From: a virus
Reading direction: 5' to 3' (one strand)
IMG/VR virus record: IMGVR_UViG_3300032102_000006
Length of the DNA stretch: 64,000 nucleotides
The notes under the pieces were generated by a model, which ran no database searches, was not told the origin of the DNA, and worked only from the letters and a program-made list of their open reading frames with translations. The translations under genes were made by a program, and so were the position numbers. Shown piece after piece: positions 18,037 through 27,217 of the stretch (positions are counted from its first letter, which is position 1; every line of letters begins with the position of its first letter).

Positions 18037-18474
18037 TTACTTGTCGTAGCTGATAACTTCAACCTTGCGGGGCTTTAGTGCTTCAGGAACGATCCTAGTA
18101 ATAGCAATTCGTAGAACGCCATCTTTAATACTTGCAGTTCCAACTTCCATATGCTCTGCAAGAGTTAGTGTCTTTTCAAAGCTACGATAAGCAAGACCGC
18201 GGTGTAGATATTCTACATCTGCTTCTTCTTCTTCTCTATCACGCTGTCCGGAAATTGTTAGCATGTTTTGATTCACTTCAACATCAATTTCTCCAAGTGT
18301 AAAGCCAGCAACTGCGATTTCAATTTCATAGTTGTTGTCATCTTTCTTGATGATGTTGTAGGGAGGGTAAGATTGGTTAGAATTGATTCGTTCATTAAAC
18401 ATGCGATCAAATCCAACCAGTGCTCTGTTTAATTGGTTAAGAGCTGTAGTGTCAAATCGTGTAAGTGCGTTCAT
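18037..18474 (-). CDS. Small heat-shock protein (IbpA/Hsp20)
   Basis: YPPYNI, EIAVAGF, YLHRGLA.RSF, DGVL. Confidence 0.95.
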   Translation of the reverse strand: MNALTRFDTTALNQLNRALVGFDRMFNERINSNQSYPPYNIIKKDDNNYEIEIAVAGFTLGEIDVEVNQNMLTISGQRDREEEEADVEYLHRGLAYRSFEKTLTLAEHMEVGTASIKDGVLRIAITRIVPEALKPRKVEVISYDK

Positions 18475-18546
18475 ATTTTCTCCTTTAATAAGCAAGAACG
18501 TTTTGGGCAATGTGCCCATTGTACAACCCTAATGGCGTTGTACAAG
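18475..18546 (-). promoter_or_regulatory. Structured hsp20 5' UTR, ROSE-like RNA thermometer
   Basis: Two hairpins then UCUUGCU-UAUUAA-AGGAG; TATAAATA just upstream. Confidence 0.55.
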
Positions 18547-18579
18547 TATATTTATACGCTGATTTCGTAAGCCTGTCAA

Positions 18580-18885
18580 TTATCCTTTTGCCAATTCAAG
18601 CAAAAGTCGGTATTCATCATAGGCCTGTTTGACTGCTGGACAGTTATCTCTAATGGCTTTTTCTTCTGCCAAAACCGATTCAACTGCTGCTAATCTCTTT
18701 TCAATTGCTTCGTATGGATCAGTGTAGCTAATAGAAGAATTCCAATTGTTAGCAGAAACAGTAATAGCAGACCCTACTCCTGCTATAGTAGAAATATCCT
18801 GTGCTACAACTCCAATTGTAGTAGCAGTGTCATCCCATTCAAATGCAACAGGTTCAATGCTAGACAAGTCTATGGTATTACTCAT
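18580..18885 (-). CDS. Hypothetical protein
   Basis: Coupled to rpsU. Confidence 0.65.
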   Translation of the reverse strand: MSNTIDLSSIEPVAFEWDDTATTIGVVAQDISTIAGVGSAITVSANNWNSSISYTDPYEAIEKRLAAVESVLAEEKAIRDNCPAVKQAYDEYRLLLELAKG

Positions 18886-19121
18886 TAGTAAAGTTTCTTT
18901 GGTAGTGCGTCAGCTTCACGCTTCTTCTGTGCTCTACGTGCCTGTTGATTTTTTGTCTTGCGCTTGGTCACGCTGGGCTTTTCGTAGAACTCTTTTTCTT
19001 TAAGTTCAATCAGTTTGCCGCTTTCTGTAATCTTCTTTTTAAAGATGCGCAGAGCTTTTTCCCAGTTATCATTTTGTACAATAACTGTACTACCCATCAA
19101 TGGTCCTTGTTTTTTACTCAT
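18885..19121 (-). CDS. rpsU: Ribosomal protein bS21
   Basis: EKALRIFKKK...KEFYEKPS..RK. Confidence 0.9.
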   Translation of the reverse strand: MSKKQGPLMGSTVIVQNDNWEKALRIFKKKITESGKLIELKEKEFYEKPSVTKRKTKNQQARRAQKKREADALPKKLY

Positions 19122-19657
19122 TTTGTTTTACCTTGAAATAATGTTGCTATCATTCTATTGCCTTGCAGTTCGCTAGTTCCTTCTAGTTTAGCTGCGGGCA
19201 CTTGTTCTAAAATATTATTTATAATTGTGGTACCTTGACCGGTATTAGCCATTTCGCGACCACGGAATTTAATAACAATCTTAACCTTGTCGCCTTCGGT
19301 TAGCCATTCCTTGATGTGTTTCATTTTAACTTCAAGGTCGTGCTCGCCGATACCAGGTCGTAGTTGCACTTCTTTTAGTTCAACTCGATTTTCTCTATTT
19401 TTACGATCCTGTTCTTTTTGGCGCTTTTGCATTTCGTATTTGTACTTGCCCACGTCACCTATTTTGCAAACAGGTGGATTTGTAGCACCGTTGATTAGGA
19501 TAAGGTCAAGCCCTTGGTCCTGTGCAGAGTTTAATGCTTTAAAGTAAGCAACAACTCCGACGTTGCTGCCATCGGCATCGATCAAGCGAACTTCGCGAGC
19601 GCGAATTTCTCTATTACTGAGAACTCTGTTCTCTTGTCTTTTTACGTTTGTTGCCAT
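19118..19657 (-). CDS. infC: Translation initiation factor IF-3
   Basis: NREIRAREVRLID, PPVCKI, KEVQLRPGIGEHD, GDKVK..FRGRE. Confidence 0.95.
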   Translation of the reverse strand: MATNVKRQENRVLSNREIRAREVRLIDADGSNVGVVAYFKALNSAQDQGLDLILINGATNPPVCKIGDVGKYKYEMQKRQKEQDRKNRENRVELKEVQLRPGIGEHDLEVKMKHIKEWLTEGDKVKIVIKFRGREMANTGQGTTIINNILEQVPAAKLEGTSELQGNRMIATLFQGKTK

Positions 19658-20852
19658 ATACTAGTAGTGGTTCCTTGCCTTGGTTGACTGTTTCCTCGGT
19701 TATTGTGACTTTAGCAACATTTTCGTTGGCTAAATCAGGCAAGACAAATTGTGTTTTTAAGAGTACAGATTCCAATTCTGCTCTAAGGCCACGGGCGCCT
19801 AATTTCATAGTCAAGCATTTTCTAGCAATAGCGCGGCATGCACTATCATCTATTATCAACTCAACCCCGTCCATGCGGAATAGCTCTTGATATTGACTTA
19901 TGATACTGTTTTTTGGTTCCTTCATAGAGCGAACCAATTGTTCTTCTGTTAGTTCTTCTAACACTGCGATCTTTGGCATGCGTCCAGCAAGCTCGGGAAT
20001 AATTCCCCATTTGATCACATCTTCGTGTATTACTTGATTTAGGTTAGGTTTCTTTCTAGAGTCTGCCGGTCCAAAGCCAATAGTAGAACCAGTGTTGATT
20101 CTCTTATTGATAACTTCTTCTAGACCAACAAATGCACCGCCTAATATAAACAAAATATTTTTTGTATTGATAGTCAGCATCTCGTGCCCTGGATGCTTTC
20201 GTCCGCCTGTTTGCGGAACGCGACATTCAGTACCTTCGATAATCTTTAGCAGGGCCTGTTGTACACCTTCACCGGATACATCGCGTGTAATGCTAGCACC
20301 TTCGCTTTTGCGACCCTTCTTGTCTATTTCGTCGATGTAGATAATGCCCTGCTCGCAACGTTCAATATTATTGTCTGCTGCTTGATAAAGTTTATGTATA
20401 ACGTTTTCAACATCTTCGCCAACATAGCCTGCTTCAGTTAAACTTGTAGCATCGGTGATAGCAAAAGGAACATTAAGAAACTTGGCAATTGTTTTTGCCA
20501 GCAGTGTTTTGCCGGATCCAGTGGGACCAATAAACAGCACGTTGCTTTTTTCAATTTCAATGTCGCTGGTATTTTGTAAACGTTTGTAATGATTGTAAAC
20601 TGCAACACTTAGTGACAGTTTAGGCATGTCCTGGCTGATAACATATTGATCTAAATGTTGATAAATTTCTCGAGGACTTGGCAGTTCGCCGGTAGTAGAA
20701 GTTTTTACAATATCATCTTTAATTGCCTCGTTGCATAAGACAATACACTCATCGCAGATATAACCTTTGCTACCTGCAACTAATTTTTTAACTTCGTTTT
20801 GATTTTTGTCGCAAAAACTGCAACACATTAAAGGTTTAGTCTTTTCAGTCAT
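19614..20852 (-). CDS. clpX: ClpX ATPase
   Basis: CSFC/CDEC zinc domain, GPTGSGKT, DEIDK, RDVSGEGVQQALLK, IGF loop. Confidence 0.97.
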   Translation of the reverse strand: MTEKTKPLMCCSFCDKNQNEVKKLVAGSKGYICDECIVLCNEAIKDDIVKTSTTGELPSPREIYQHLDQYVISQDMPKLSLSVAVYNHYKRLQNTSDIEIEKSNVLFIGPTGSGKTLLAKTIAKFLNVPFAITDATSLTEAGYVGEDVENVIHKLYQAADNNIERCEQGIIYIDEIDKKGRKSEGASITRDVSGEGVQQALLKIIEGTECRVPQTGGRKHPGHEMLTINTKNILFILGGAFVGLEEVINKRINTGSTIGFGPADSRKKPNLNQVIHEDVIKWGIIPELAGRMPKIAVLEELTEEQLVRSMKEPKNSIISQYQELFRMDGVELIIDDSACRAIARKCLTMKLGARGLRAELESVLLKTQFVLPDLANENVAKVTITEETVNQGKEPLLVYGNKRKKTREQSSQ

Positions 20853-21271
20853 TCGCCGACAAAATTTCTAAGCATTGCGTGAAGTTGTTCGCTGTTGTTA
20901 AACACATTTGCATTTATGCTATTTAACAATATTCTAAGGTCTTTGTCAACCAGCTCTTTGTCCACATAAAACCAAACTTTACTTCCGTTTGCTGTTAGCA
21001 AGGATAAGTTTACTTCCAACGGTGTGCAACGTCCCACATTTACCATGATCAAATCACTAGAGTCAACCATATGATAAAGCCATTGCCAATTGTCGCTTGT
21101 TCTGTCATCCAAATGATAAAAAGTCATTGGTACGGTTGGGAAGGTATTTTCCAAATCATCGCTTAACTGTTCTGTCCAATCTTCATCGGTACCTATTACA
21201 GTAATCCTAATGCCTTCTTCTGGTAAAAATATAGTAGGAGGCGTTATGTAGTAATTTTGAGTATCATCCAT
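20849..21271 (-). CDS. Hypothetical protein
   Basis: Coupled ORF. Confidence 0.7.
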   Translation of the reverse strand: MDDTQNYYITPPTIFLPEEGIRITVIGTDEDWTEQLSDDLENTFPTVPMTFYHLDDRTSDNWQWLYHMVDSSDLIMVNVGRCTPLEVNLSLLTANGSKVWFYVDKELVDKDLRILLNSINANVFNNSEQLHAMLRNFVGE

Positions 21272-22541
21272 TTTTGTTGTTCTTTAAAGGTCCCCAGTGG
21301 GTAGTTTTATTTCGTTTTGTCTTGGCAAGTTCTTTAACAATCTTTTTATAAACTTGCTCCAGGCCTTGTTCGTCTCCAGCTACAATCATTTTTTCAACTT
21401 CGCTGTCAACAGTAATCGGTTGGCCGATTAGGCCCTGACTAACTGATTTATCATCAGCAGTCTGTTCTTCAACTTTGACTAGTGCAATGGTCTGCTCAGC
21501 AGGTGTTATATAGTCTCCTGGGCGTTCGATTGCATCAATACCAAAGGTTAAGATTTCTGGTTTAATTTCTACTTCTGGTTCGTTTTTTGGTTTTACTTTC
21601 GCTGTCTTTTTTTTAGAAGGCTTTACTCCCACTGTTTCCACTGTGGCTGCGGGTTCAATAACGGGCTCAATTTCCGTTGCATCAATTGCAGGTGCTTCTG
21701 GCTGTTCTGGTGTTTGAGCAACCACTGGCAACTCAGTTTGGTTAGATATAACTTCAATCGGCTTATCATCGACTTGTTCTCCCTTGTTTTTTTCTTGCGT
21801 TTTTATCTGTGTTAAATTGGCTGCTATTAGCATTAAAACTGCTAAAGGATCAAATACGCAAATCAACAGAATAATCAACCAACGAACACTGCGTTCTAAA
21901 CTGTTTTCATCTGGATTATCGCCATAGATAAAAGCTGCAATATATTTTAACGGACCGACTTCTGCTTCCACCTTGCGGACTTCAGCGGCAATTGGTGCTC
22001 GTTCTTCATTGACTTGACTAATAGTTTTCTGTTCGGCTGCGATTTCGGATAGTAGTCGAGCTCGTTCTTTTTGCTGGGACCTGCGTATAGCAACTGCTTT
22101 GTCGGCACCTGTTTCTGTTGTAGAGCGGCCCATAACTTGATCCACTGCTTCATCCATTTGTTTGAGAGCCTTACGATTTGCATCAATATTGTCCTTTGCT
22201 GTTTTAATCTTATCGTCGTAAATTGCAATTTTACTTGCAACATCGCCGCTTACAAGACTTTGGTCGCTGTGAGCCTTACTTAAAAAGCCAAAGATACCCA
22301 TGCTGGTGATCAGCATTAAGATACCCAATGCAGAAACAAAGTATACTTTCATCAACAATGGAATATTTTTCCATTGACGATATAGCCAACTTGCTACTAC
22401 CAATTTAGCAGCTTCTAAACTGCCGCCCATAACTGCTACGGGAATTGCGGCTGCACTAAAAATCGCTACCAAACCGATAACGCTATAATAGGCTGCAATG
22501 CCGCTTAAAATTACTGCTGTGAAATATAATAAAAATGCCAT
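21264..22541 (-). CDS. Membrane-anchored coiled-coil protein
   Basis: N-terminal TM helices, GIFGFLSKAH, coiled coil, FDPLA TM. Confidence 0.8.
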   Translation of the reverse strand: MAFLLYFTAVILSGIAAYYSVIGLVAIFSAAAIPVAVMGGSLEAAKLVVASWLYRQWKNIPLLMKVYFVSALGILMLITSMGIFGFLSKAHSDQSLVSGDVASKIAIYDDKIKTAKDNIDANRKALKQMDEAVDQVMGRSTTETGADKAVAIRRSQQKERARLLSEIAAEQKTISQVNEERAPIAAEVRKVEAEVGPLKYIAAFIYGDNPDENSLERSVRWLIILLICVFDPLAVLMLIAANLTQIKTQEKNKGEQVDDKPIEVISNQTELPVVAQTPEQPEAPAIDATEIEPVIEPAATVETVGVKPSKKKTAKVKPKNEPEVEIKPEILTFGIDAIERPGDYITPAEQTIALVKVEEQTADDKSVSQGLIGQPITVDSEVEKMIVAGDEQGLEQVYKKIVKELAKTKRNKTTHWGPLKNNKNG

Positions 22542-22623
22542 CAACTTATTTATAACTGTACCCGGGTGGTATTATATAAGTATATATAGACAGCGAGGAT
22601 TTGTCAACTTTTATGGTGATATT

Positions 22624-23499
22624 ATGATTAAACAAGCAGAAGTGCATTGGAACCTAACCGATGTGTGCAACAAAGGATGCAGCTATTGTCCTAGTAAATA
22701 CAGCGGAAATACACTGACCCGGGGTATAGACGAATATCAAGCTGTTATTAGAAAACTACAAGCCAGTAGGTATCAACATGCAGAAACAATCAAATGGAAA
22801 CTAGGCGGTGGGGAACCATTGCAATTTCCCGGATTGGATATCATCCTTGCTGATATTAAAAAGAAACCCAGCCATGTTCGACTAGATACCAATGGCGGCG
22901 AAACTTGGTTCGACTTAATGCCCATTATCAATATGGTAGATCATATTAAATTTACTCAACACAGTTGGCAAAATCCCAGCGTGTTAGATTTTGTAGTAGA
23001 TTTATGCAAAGATAATAATGTTAAATTGGATATTGTTATTCCGTTGATGCCGGGGAAAATCCTAGAAGATCGAGCAAGAATAGAAGAACTAACCAGTCAA
23101 GGTTTTGCAGTTCACGAACAAATCTTAACAAGAGAAGCAGTAGGAGGACACGACTATTGGTCTGGCTACTCTAACAAAGATATAAATTTAATCAATGGAA
23201 GACCGGAGGATTGGACTCCGCCAGAGCCGGTGTTGAGCGAGTTTGATCAACCGCAGCCAGTGTGGATTGACCCAAGGATAATTCAAAACCCAGAATTTGT
23301 CTATACTGGTCGGCAATGTTTTGCTGGTGTTGATTATATCTTTATAAGTGGTCGAGGCTGGGCCAGCGCCAGTGCATGCGGTGGCAGGGATCTCGGAAAT
23401 GTATTTGTAGCTGATTGGGCTGTGCCTGCTTCTAGCTTTCCTTGCTCAATGTTCCAATGTTCTCACGAATCCGATCGAACACGTATCCGGGTGCTGTAA
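22624..23499 (+). CDS. Radical SAM protein
   Basis: CNKGCSYC, GGEP, C-terminal Cys cluster. Confidence 0.9.
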   Translation: MIKQAEVHWNLTDVCNKGCSYCPSKYSGNTLTRGIDEYQAVIRKLQASRYQHAETIKWKLGGGEPLQFPGLDIILADIKKKPSHVRLDTNGGETWFDLMPIINMVDHIKFTQHSWQNPSVLDFVVDLCKDNNVKLDIVIPLMPGKILEDRARIEELTSQGFAVHEQILTREAVGGHDYWSGYSNKDINLINGRPEDWTPPEPVLSEFDQPQPVWIDPRIIQNPEFVYTGRQCFAGVDYIFISGRGWASASACGGRDLGNVFVADWAVPASSFPCSMFQCSHESDRTRIRVL

Positions 23500-24073
23500 T
23501 CCGATTCATATATTCAACTTTATAGCCTAGAGCCGACAAACGGTCTACTCCTGATAAATTATCACAATACAAAACTGATGCTAACACTTGATTAGACGGC
23601 GGAATTTTCCAATGGGTTGATATTAAAGATGATGTCCCTTCAAGAGTAGCTCCTGAAACAATCGTATCATCGACTAGCATAACATTTCCGGTTGGTTTGA
23701 AATTTTTTGCAATGGTAGCAATATGCAGCCTAGACCTGGAGATAAATCGAGTTGAGACATTATCTCCAGGTATATTTATTACTTTCCTTGACAATAGCAG
23801 TGGCAACTTATTCCTAGATGCAACAATCGAGCCCCAAATTAAACCTCGAGTTTCTATTGCAACAATACACGAAATATTATGTTTGCTGACTAATAAATCA
23901 AACCAATCTGAAATCATTTCAATTGCACAAGGATCAGCATATAAACTTGTAAAATCTATCGATGCATTGCCGCTGCCGGACGGATCGTCGACAATGTTAA
24001 CTAAATGGCGTATATCATTGTTAGTTGTTATGATTTGTTTTAAGTCCATAGTGCTCATGAAAAAAGGACACAT
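23432..24073 (-). CDS. Type I phosphoribosyltransferase (APRT-like)
   Basis: AIETRG, VMLVDDTIVSGAT PRPP loop. Confidence 0.8.
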   Translation of the reverse strand: MCPFFMSTMDLKQIITTNNDIRHLVNIVDDPSGSGNASIDFTSLYADPCAIEMISDWFDLLVSKHNISCIVAIETRGLIWGSIVASRNKLPLLLSRKVINIPGDNVSTRFISRSRLHIATIAKNFKPTGNVMLVDDTIVSGATLEGTSSLISTHWKIPPSNQVLASVLYCDNLSGVDRLSALGYKVEYMNRITAPGYVFDRIRENIGTLSKES

Positions 24074-24085
24074 ACGTGTCCTTTT
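24060..24085. terminator. Intrinsic terminator
   Basis: AAAAAGGACAC-ATAC-GTGTCCTTTT. Confidence 0.75.
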
Positions 24086-24105
24086 ATTTACAAAGCGAAA
24101 CCTAA

Positions 24106-24363
24106 TTAGATCAAGCCAGCTGCAAGAGCTTTGTAACCTGCGGCGATTACTCGCTTGCTAGGATTGCCTAAACGATACTTGGTAGTTTCGCGACCTTTAG
24201 TATCCTTGTGCTGATTAGCATAAATGGCATAACCGCTAAAGCGTAGATCGCTAACAGTTGCACGTGGGTTCTTAATACCAAAACGTGCTGTGATTTGAGC
24301 TGCTGTTAGTTTTTCACCAGCTTGTAGCGCTGCCAATAGTTTGCTAGATTTTGTCATTTTCAT
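24106..24363 (-). CDS. Winged-HTH DNA-binding protein
   Basis: LTAAQITARFGIKNPRATVSDLR..GY. Confidence 0.75.
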   Translation of the reverse strand: MKMTKSSKLLAALQAGEKLTAAQITARFGIKNPRATVSDLRFSGYAIYANQHKDTKGRETTKYRLGNPSKRVIAAGYKALAAGLI

Positions 24364-24420
24364 AGTCCTTATGTTTTAAATGTCGTCATTGCGTTTGCAA
24401 TGTAGAACTATTATTACATA

Positions 24421-24457
24421 AAAAAACGGTAAGAGCAACAGTGCATCTTACCGTTTT
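24421..24457. terminator. Intrinsic terminator
   Basis: AAAACGGTAAGA...TCTTACCGTTTT. Confidence 0.7.
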
Positions 24458-24475
24458 ATGGGACAACTTTACCTT

Positions 24476-24709
24476 TTATTGTCGTTGAGTGACAAATTCA
24501 TTTAACGTTTTGGCCTTGGCGATAATGTCTGCTTCACCGGGGAAAGGTTTGAAGGTTGGTGTCGGTGGGAGATCTGTTGCATGATCTGCAAAACTAATTC
24601 TAGTGTTATAGTCACTCATAACTGCCTCACGCTGTGCATGCCAGTCTTGCTCTAGCATTTCTTTTGCCATCTTGAGTAGTTCAAGACGAATTTCAAATCC
24701 ATTTGACAT
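24476..24709 (-). CDS. Hypothetical phage protein
   Basis: FEIRLELLKMAK...IIAKAKTLNEFV. Confidence 0.75.
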   Translation of the reverse strand: MSNGFEIRLELLKMAKEMLEQDWHAQREAVMSDYNTRISFADHATDLPPTPTFKPFPGEADIIAKAKTLNEFVTQRQ

Positions 24710-24791
24710 AGTAATCTCTCTTTCTGTGTGTTATGCAAGAACTTGTGTTCTTACACTATTATATAGCACAACAAGTCTAGAACCTAGAGAA

Positions 24792-25211
24792 TTATCTAGA
24801 GTTGTTTGCCAAGCTCCGATATCCTTGTCCAGTGGGATGTATTCCGTCTTTACTTAAGCTGGTAATAGGCAAAACAGTATCGCCGTGTTGTTGGGCTATT
24901 TCTTTAACAATGTGCTGTATAGTTTCGATTGCAACACCACCGGCCTTAAGGTTACCTGCTGGCAATATCCAAAACACCCTGCTGCCTTTAACTTTTGAGC
25001 GCATTCGTTGCAGTTCGTCATAGGTCTTAACTCCTTTGTGGTCATTGCTACCCAAGCTGATAATAACAGTATCAGCCGTTAGATTATTGGCACCATACTG
25101 CTTATTCCATTGCCAGCTGTTTATGCCGCCACGGGCCAAGGCAACACATTCCAGTCTCTGCTGGTGCGTGCCTACTGCAATACTGTCGCCTAATATTAAA
25201 CAATCAATCAT
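24792..25211 (-). CDS. SGNH/GDSL hydrolase
   Basis: ILGDS, LGSND, DGIHP. Confidence 0.85.
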   Translation of the reverse strand: MIDCLILGDSIAVGTHQQRLECVALARGGINSWQWNKQYGANNLTADTVIISLGSNDHKGVKTYDELQRMRSKVKGSRVFWILPAGNLKAGGVAIETIQHIVKEIAQQHGDTVLPITSLSKDGIHPTGQGYRSLANNSR

Positions 25212-25767
25212 ATTCGTAGCTTTCTCTTTGTAATTTATCCCACAGTTTCTTATCATCATAGGCTTGATAATAAGTTTCGTTTGGCTGCAACACTCTAAAT
25301 CTACCCGGATACTTTAAACTTAAAATCATAGCATCATGTCGGTCTAGTATATCGCAAACTGTATACGTTGTATAACAAGCGCCTGTTACTCGCTTAAATG
25401 GACTAAACTTGATACCTTCTTCTTTAAGAACTTTCTCAAAGTCGTTGTCTCTAAAGATGACGCGAGTAATGCCCAAGCGTTGATTTCTCAATCGGACTCG
25501 GTCTATTAAGGTAAGTTTGGATAAAGTTGCACGGTTATCAGAATCAATTGTTAGCAAACAATCTTTTACCTTGATACTTCCTTTAGTATGCGGATTATCA
25601 CTAGTTTCTTTAGTGCTCCATGGAAGTGTGCAATCTACGTGATTTACGTAGTAAGTGTCGCCATGTGCTTTTAAGACCCACATGGGAATAGTTTGGTCTT
25701 CGAGATGTTTTTTGTTAAAATGGAACACCACATCCTTGCAAGCGATTTCGATCTATTGTTTTGTCAT
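25204..25767 (-). CDS. Hypothetical phage protein with in-frame TAG at codon 5 (or GTG start at 25731)
   Basis: AAAGGAAATCAAAA-ATG ACA AAA CAA TAG ATC GAA ATC GCT TGC AAG GAT GTG GTG TTC CAT, in frame with the 175 aa ORF. Confidence 0.7.
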
Positions 25768-25838
25768 TTTTGATTTCCTTTATTAAGAATATTTATTATA
25801 GCAAATCTAAAATTGATGTCAAGGATATAAATATCCAT

Positions 25839-27194
25839 ATGTTTAATAATGAAAGTTTTTGTGGCGAACTATGGAGCCAAATTGAAATAAACACCATGGG
25901 CGATTATAAGATTTGCTGCCTAGCAAATTATGACGACGATTACGGTCTTGCGTTTGATGAAAATGGTAATGTAATGAATGTTATGACGCATTCTATCAAC
26001 GAGGCCATGAATAGCGTTACACATAAAGAGCATCGGCTGCAATTGAAAGATAATATTAAAGTTAAACGCTGCAGAAATTGTTACGATAGCGAAGACAGTA
26101 TTAAGGGCGATGATGCATGGGGTAACGACGATATAAAAAAACGAGGAAGAAGTAAAAGGCAACGGGTGAATAACATCACAGCAAGTCTTATTCCTGAATA
26201 CGTTAGATGCGATACCGCAGATCGTTATACACTAGCGGATGGTTCAATTACTTCAAAAGTGGTCAATCTCGGATTGCGTATCAGTAACCTTTGCAATCAA
26301 AAATGCATAATGTGCAGCCCAGAGTTCAGTAGTCTTTGGTCTGACGATTGGGTACAATTGTACGGATATGACGCAAACGTGCTACCTCCCAGCGTTCAAT
26401 ACAAGACCTACAATATCGAAGTAAACTCAGTTGGTAAAAATAAAGTAAACTATTCCAAGTGGTGGGAAACGGATATTTGGTGGGAGCGATTTGAAGAAAT
26501 CGCTCCCGACCTTAGACACATATATTTCAGTGGAGGAGAACCACTAATTGCTCCTATATTAGAAGAAATACTTAAACGATTAGTAGAAAAAGATTTTGCA
26601 AAAAATATCATACTTAGATTTGATACAAACTTGTCTGCATTAAATAGCAGGGTTATAGATCAATTCAAGCATTTTAAAAACATAAATTTTTGTGTTAGCA
26701 TGGATGACGTAGAAGAACGTTACGAGCTAATACGATTCCCTGGCAAGTTCGATACGCTTGTTAAAAACATTGCTACCTTAAAAGATAATGGCATGGACAT
26801 TCATTACCTGTCTTGCTGTGTTGGAATAGCTAGTATATATTCTATGATACGATTAACCGAATTAGCAGAAAAGTTAGGAGTACCGTGCGAATTTAGATAT
26901 CTCGAAGGACCGAGTTGGTTAGATTTACGATCATTACCAGTATCTGCTAAAATGGAAATTATTAATGTTTATAAGGAGCTCGCTGATCACAGCGATAACA
27001 GAAAAAGATGGTATAACTCTATGATCAAGTTTTTAGAGAAGTATATGGATGAAAAGCATGTAAGAATCGATAGATTAGCAAAATTCGTTTCTACCATGGA
27101 TAAATTAGATAGACTTCGAGGGACTAACTGGAGGACTACCCTCCCTGACATTTGCGATTTACTACGCAGACATTGCCCAAACACAAAAGCATAA
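25839..27194 (+). CDS. Radical SAM protein with N-terminal SPASM/twitch-like Cys domain
   Basis: CNQKCIMC, GGEP, ICC..CRNC. Confidence 0.9.
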   Translation: MFNNESFCGELWSQIEINTMGDYKICCLANYDDDYGLAFDENGNVMNVMTHSINEAMNSVTHKEHRLQLKDNIKVKRCRNCYDSEDSIKGDDAWGNDDIKKRGRSKRQRVNNITASLIPEYVRCDTADRYTLADGSITSKVVNLGLRISNLCNQKCIMCSPEFSSLWSDDWVQLYGYDANVLPPSVQYKTYNIEVNSVGKNKVNYSKWWETDIWWERFEEIAPDLRHIYFSGGEPLIAPILEEILKRLVEKDFAKNIILRFDTNLSALNSRVIDQFKHFKNINFCVSMDDVEERYELIRFPGKFDTLVKNIATLKDNGMDIHYLSCCVGIASIYSMIRLTELAEKLGVPCEFRYLEGPSWLDLRSLPVSAKMEIINVYKELADHSDNRKRWYNSMIKFLEKYMDEKHVRIDRLAKFVSTMDKLDRLRGTNWRTTLPDICDLLRRHCPNTKA

Positions 27195-27217
27195 AAAGCC
27201 CCTTTAAGGGGCTTTTT
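27193..27217. terminator. Bidirectional intrinsic terminator
   Basis: AAAAAGCCCCTTTAAGGGGCTTTTT between convergent genes. Confidence 0.9.
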
